From Massilia eburnea (GTDB taxonomy: Bacteria; Pseudomonadota; Gammaproteobacteria; Burkholderiales; Burkholderiaceae_D), in contig NZ_WNKX01000004.1 in NCBI RefSeq assembly GCF_009720745.1, positions 127,421 to 191,420 on the forward strand: a stretch of 64,000 bases of DNA, in the 5' to 3' direction. Numbering within the stretch: position 1 is the stretch's first letter; each line of letters begins with the position of its first letter. This document shows, in pieces, positions 61,809 through 64,000 of this stretch. The notes beneath the pieces were generated by a model. It did not search any database. It was given only the letters and a program-made list of their open reading frames with translations, and was not told the origin of the DNA. Both the position numbers and the translations under genes were made by a program.

Positions 61809-62410
61809 TCCGCGTATTGATTGCCGAGGACCAGTCGCTGGTGCTGGGCGCCCTTGCCGCGCTGCTGAAACTGGAGCACGACCTGGACGTGGTCGGCCAG
61901 GCACGCAATGGGCAGGAAGCGCTGGCCCTGTGCGAGCAGCTGCAGCCCGACATCGTGCTGACCGATATCGAAATGCCCTTGATGACGGGCCTCGAGCTGG
62001 CCGCCGTGCTGGCCGAACGCGGCGCCGCGGCGCGCGTCATCATCGTCACCACCTTCGCCCGTTCCGGCTACCTGCGCCGCGCCATGGCGGCCGGTGTGCG
62101 CGGCTACCTGCTGAAGGACGCACCTTCCGAATCGCTGGCCGCCGCCATCCGCAGCGTGCATGCCGGCGGCCGCGCCATCGCTCCCGAGCTTGCGCTGGAG
62201 AGCTGGAGCGGCGGCGAAGATCCATTAAGCGAACGCGAACGCCAGGTGCTGCGCCTGGCGGGCGAAGGCCGCACTGGCGCCGACATCGCCAAACAATTGA
62301 GCCTCTCTGAAGGCACGGTGCGCAACTACCTGTCGGAAGCAATCAGCAAACTCAATGCCGGCAACCGCGTCGAAGCCTTCCGCCTGGCCCGCGAGGCCGG
62401 CTGGCTTTAG
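61805..62410 (+). CDS. NarL/FixJ (LuxR-type HTH) response regulator
   Basis: Receiver (IAEDQSLV...DIEMPLMTGLE) plus LuxR HTH (LSERERQVLRLAGEGRTGADIAKQLSLSEGTVRNY). Start overlaps the HK stop. Confidence 0.85.
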   Translation: MIRVLIAEDQSLVLGALAALLKLEHDLDVVGQARNGQEALALCEQLQPDIVLTDIEMPLMTGLELAAVLAERGAAARVIIVTTFARSGYLRRAMAAGVRGYLLKDAPSESLAAAIRSVHAGGRAIAPELALESWSGGEDPLSERERQVLRLAGEGRTGADIAKQLSLSEGTVRNYLSEAISKLNAGNRVEAFRLAREAGWL

Positions 62411-63207
62411 GTGAACAGGGGCGGCAGCTCGGCGGCGCGTTTGCGCAGCAGCTGCTTGGCTTCCTCGTATTGCGGGTAGATGCGGCCGACATTGGCCCAG
62501 AAGCGGGCGCTGTGGTTCATTTCCAGGATGTGGGCCAGTTCGTGCGCCACCACGTAATCCACCAATGGCAGCGAGAAATGCATCAGCTTCCAGTTCAGGC
62601 GGATGGTGCGCTGCGCGGTGCAGGAGCCCCAGCGGGTGTCGGCCGACGATAGCGAAAAGCCGGCGTATTGCACGCCCAGGCGCGCCGCGTACAGGTCCAG
62701 GCGCTGCTGGAACAGGCCTTCCGCCTGCGCCTTGTACCAGTTCTTGACGCGCTCCTTGAGCAGCTGCTCGGTCGCGCCCTGCACCAGGCCCATCGAGAGC
62801 TCCATCGCCACCGGATCGAACTCGGTACGGTTGCGTGGCGCCTGGTACAAGCGCAGCGTGATTTCCTCGCCGAGGTAGGGCAGGCGGGCGCCATCGTCCC
62901 ACACGATGGGCGGCTTTTCCAGCCGTGCGGCGCGGCGCTGGCGGCGTTCATCAAGCTTGGACAGGATCCAGTGCTGTTTGGCGCGGATGGCGTTATCGAT
63001 GTCGGCCAGCGAGCAGCGCTTGGGCGCTGTCACATACAGGCCGGTGTCGTCGACCGTGAAGCCGATCGAGCGGCGCGTCGAGCGCTTCAAGACATATTCG
63101 AGGATGTATTCGCCGACAAGAAGCTGGCGCTTGTCCTGGTCCCCGGTGAGTTGCGGGGCGGTAGGTTCGGGACGGCGCAGTTGCACCGGAGGGCGCAGCA
63201 GGTTCAC
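62407..63207 (-). CDS. YgjP-like (DUF45, WLM/SprT-like) zinc metallohydrolase
   Basis: HELAHI zinc motif near the C-terminus. The longest ORF reaches 63459 but overlaps the upstream acyltransferase by 168 nt with no internal ATG, so the GTG at 63205-63207 is proposed as start (uncertain). Confidence 0.55.
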   Translation of the reverse strand: MNLLRPPVQLRRPEPTAPQLTGDQDKRQLLVGEYILEYVLKRSTRRSIGFTVDDTGLYVTAPKRCSLADIDNAIRAKQHWILSKLDERRQRRAARLEKPPIVWDDGARLPYLGEEITLRLYQAPRNRTEFDPVAMELSMGLVQGATEQLLKERVKNWYKAQAEGLFQQRLDLYAARLGVQYAGFSLSSADTRWGSCTAQRTIRLNWKLMHFSLPLVDYVVAHELAHILEMNHSARFWANVGRIYPQYEEAKQLLRKRAAELPPLFT

Positions 63208-63290
63208 TGCCGCGGGAGCGGGGACGGGAAACGGGGAAGAAGACGCGGCCGCTGCCGGCGGCGCCTCCTGTTGCGCTTCAGCCTTTTCGG

Positions 63291-63992
63291 CTAGCCAGCG
63301 CTGTAGGCGTGGGGCGAAATGACGCGCATTTCTGATTCGATCCACTGTTCCACCTGCTCCATCAATTCGTCGGGAGTCTTGCCTTCCGACGAAATCGGTT
63401 TGCCTACCGACACCGTGACGGTGCCCGGTTTCTTGATAAAGGAATTCTTTGGCCAGCATTCGCCCGAGTTCAGCGCGATCGGCACCACCACGGCGCCGGT
63501 CTCGATCGCCAGGCGGGTACCACCGCTCTTATATTTGCCAGCCTGGCCGACCGGAATCCGGGTCCCTTCCGGGAACATGATAATCCATTGTCCGTCTTTG
63601 AGTCGACGCTTGCCATGCGCGACAACGGATTTGAACGCATTCTTGCCTTGCTTGCGGTCGATCGGGATCATGCGCAGCAGCGCGATGCCCCAGCCGAAGA
63701 ACGGAATGTACAGGATTTCTTTCTTGAATACGAACACCAGCGGGCGTGGCAGGTTCGCCAGCAGGAAGATGGTCTCCCACGCCGACTGGTGCTTGGACAG
63801 GATGATGGCCGGGCTGTCCGGGAAGTTTTCATAGCCCTTGAACTGGTAGTTAATGCCGCAGATCCATTTGGCGCACCAGACGATGAAGACGTTCCAGCGA
63901 GAAGTGACGAAATAGCGTTTGTTGTAAGGCAGCGGCGCTGCCAGCATGCAGACTCCGGACCAGATGACGGTGGCAACCACCATCAGGATCAT
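63291..63992 (-). CDS. PlsC-family lysophospholipid acyltransferase; N-terminus at or beyond the window edge
   Basis: HxxxxE/D motif (SKHQSAWET) and FPEGTR motif. Confidence 0.65.
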   Translation of the reverse strand: MILMVVATVIWSGVCMLAAPLPYNKRYFVTSRWNVFIVWCAKWICGINYQFKGYENFPDSPAIILSKHQSAWETIFLLANLPRPLVFVFKKEILYIPFFGWGIALLRMIPIDRKQGKNAFKSVVAHGKRRLKDGQWIIMFPEGTRIPVGQAGKYKSGGTRLAIETGAVVVPIALNSGECWPKNSFIKKPGTVTVSVGKPISSEGKTPDELMEQVEQWIESEMRVISPHAYSAG

Positions 63993-64000
63993 GAACAGGG

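Noticed and set aside
1-64000. Mobile elements, prophage, integrons, tRNA/rRNA genes
   Set aside because: No transposase, integrase, phage structural genes or tRNA-like cloverleaf candidates recognised. Gene order is conserved-core type throughout.

Overview
High-GC (about 65%) betaproteobacterial chromosome, most likely Oxalobacteraceae (Janthinobacterium/Massilia/Collimonas type) judging from gene content and order and the GTGTCTGACCC-type REP palindromes. The window is dense core genome with no transposases, integrases, CRISPR arrays, tRNA or rRNA genes. In order it contains: a 5'-truncated triple-CheW adaptor gene; an Ala/Lys/Pro-repeat histone H1-like gene; yggT-yggU; a long minus-strand operon (hypothetical, tlpA-like, aroQ, accB, accC, prmA, giant zinc-ribbon/DUF3426, PfkB kinase); mpl-yqiA-ubiC-rnb; tonB-aroE-mtgA; corA; a soluble orphan histidine kinase directly upstream of a bacterial alpha-2-macroglobulin (intact CTEQ thioester), pbpC and a flotillin-like SPFH gene; thiD-hemL; rubredoxin followed by a pilG-pilH-pilI-pilJ-chpA twitching-chemosensory operon with no pilK/chpB; photolyase; yqgE-ruvX-pyrR-pyrB-pyrC' (dihydroorotase-like with the HxH metal site replaced); plsC; apaH; an LPS/cell-envelope cluster (GT4 WecA/MraY-like, H-NS-like, phosphomannomutase, waaC, waaA); and a secreted amidohydrolase next to a DesK-type HK / NarL-type RR pair. 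Several intergenic regions carry paired inverted REP elements (REPIN-like). Many long antisense shadow ORFs in the track are artefacts of GC-rich, Ala-rich genes. The candidates most worth follow-up are the HK/a2M/PbpC/flotillin four-gene array, the REPIN population, an orphan terminator-bounded candidate sRNA upstream of the histone-like gene, and the amidohydrolase-TCS module.
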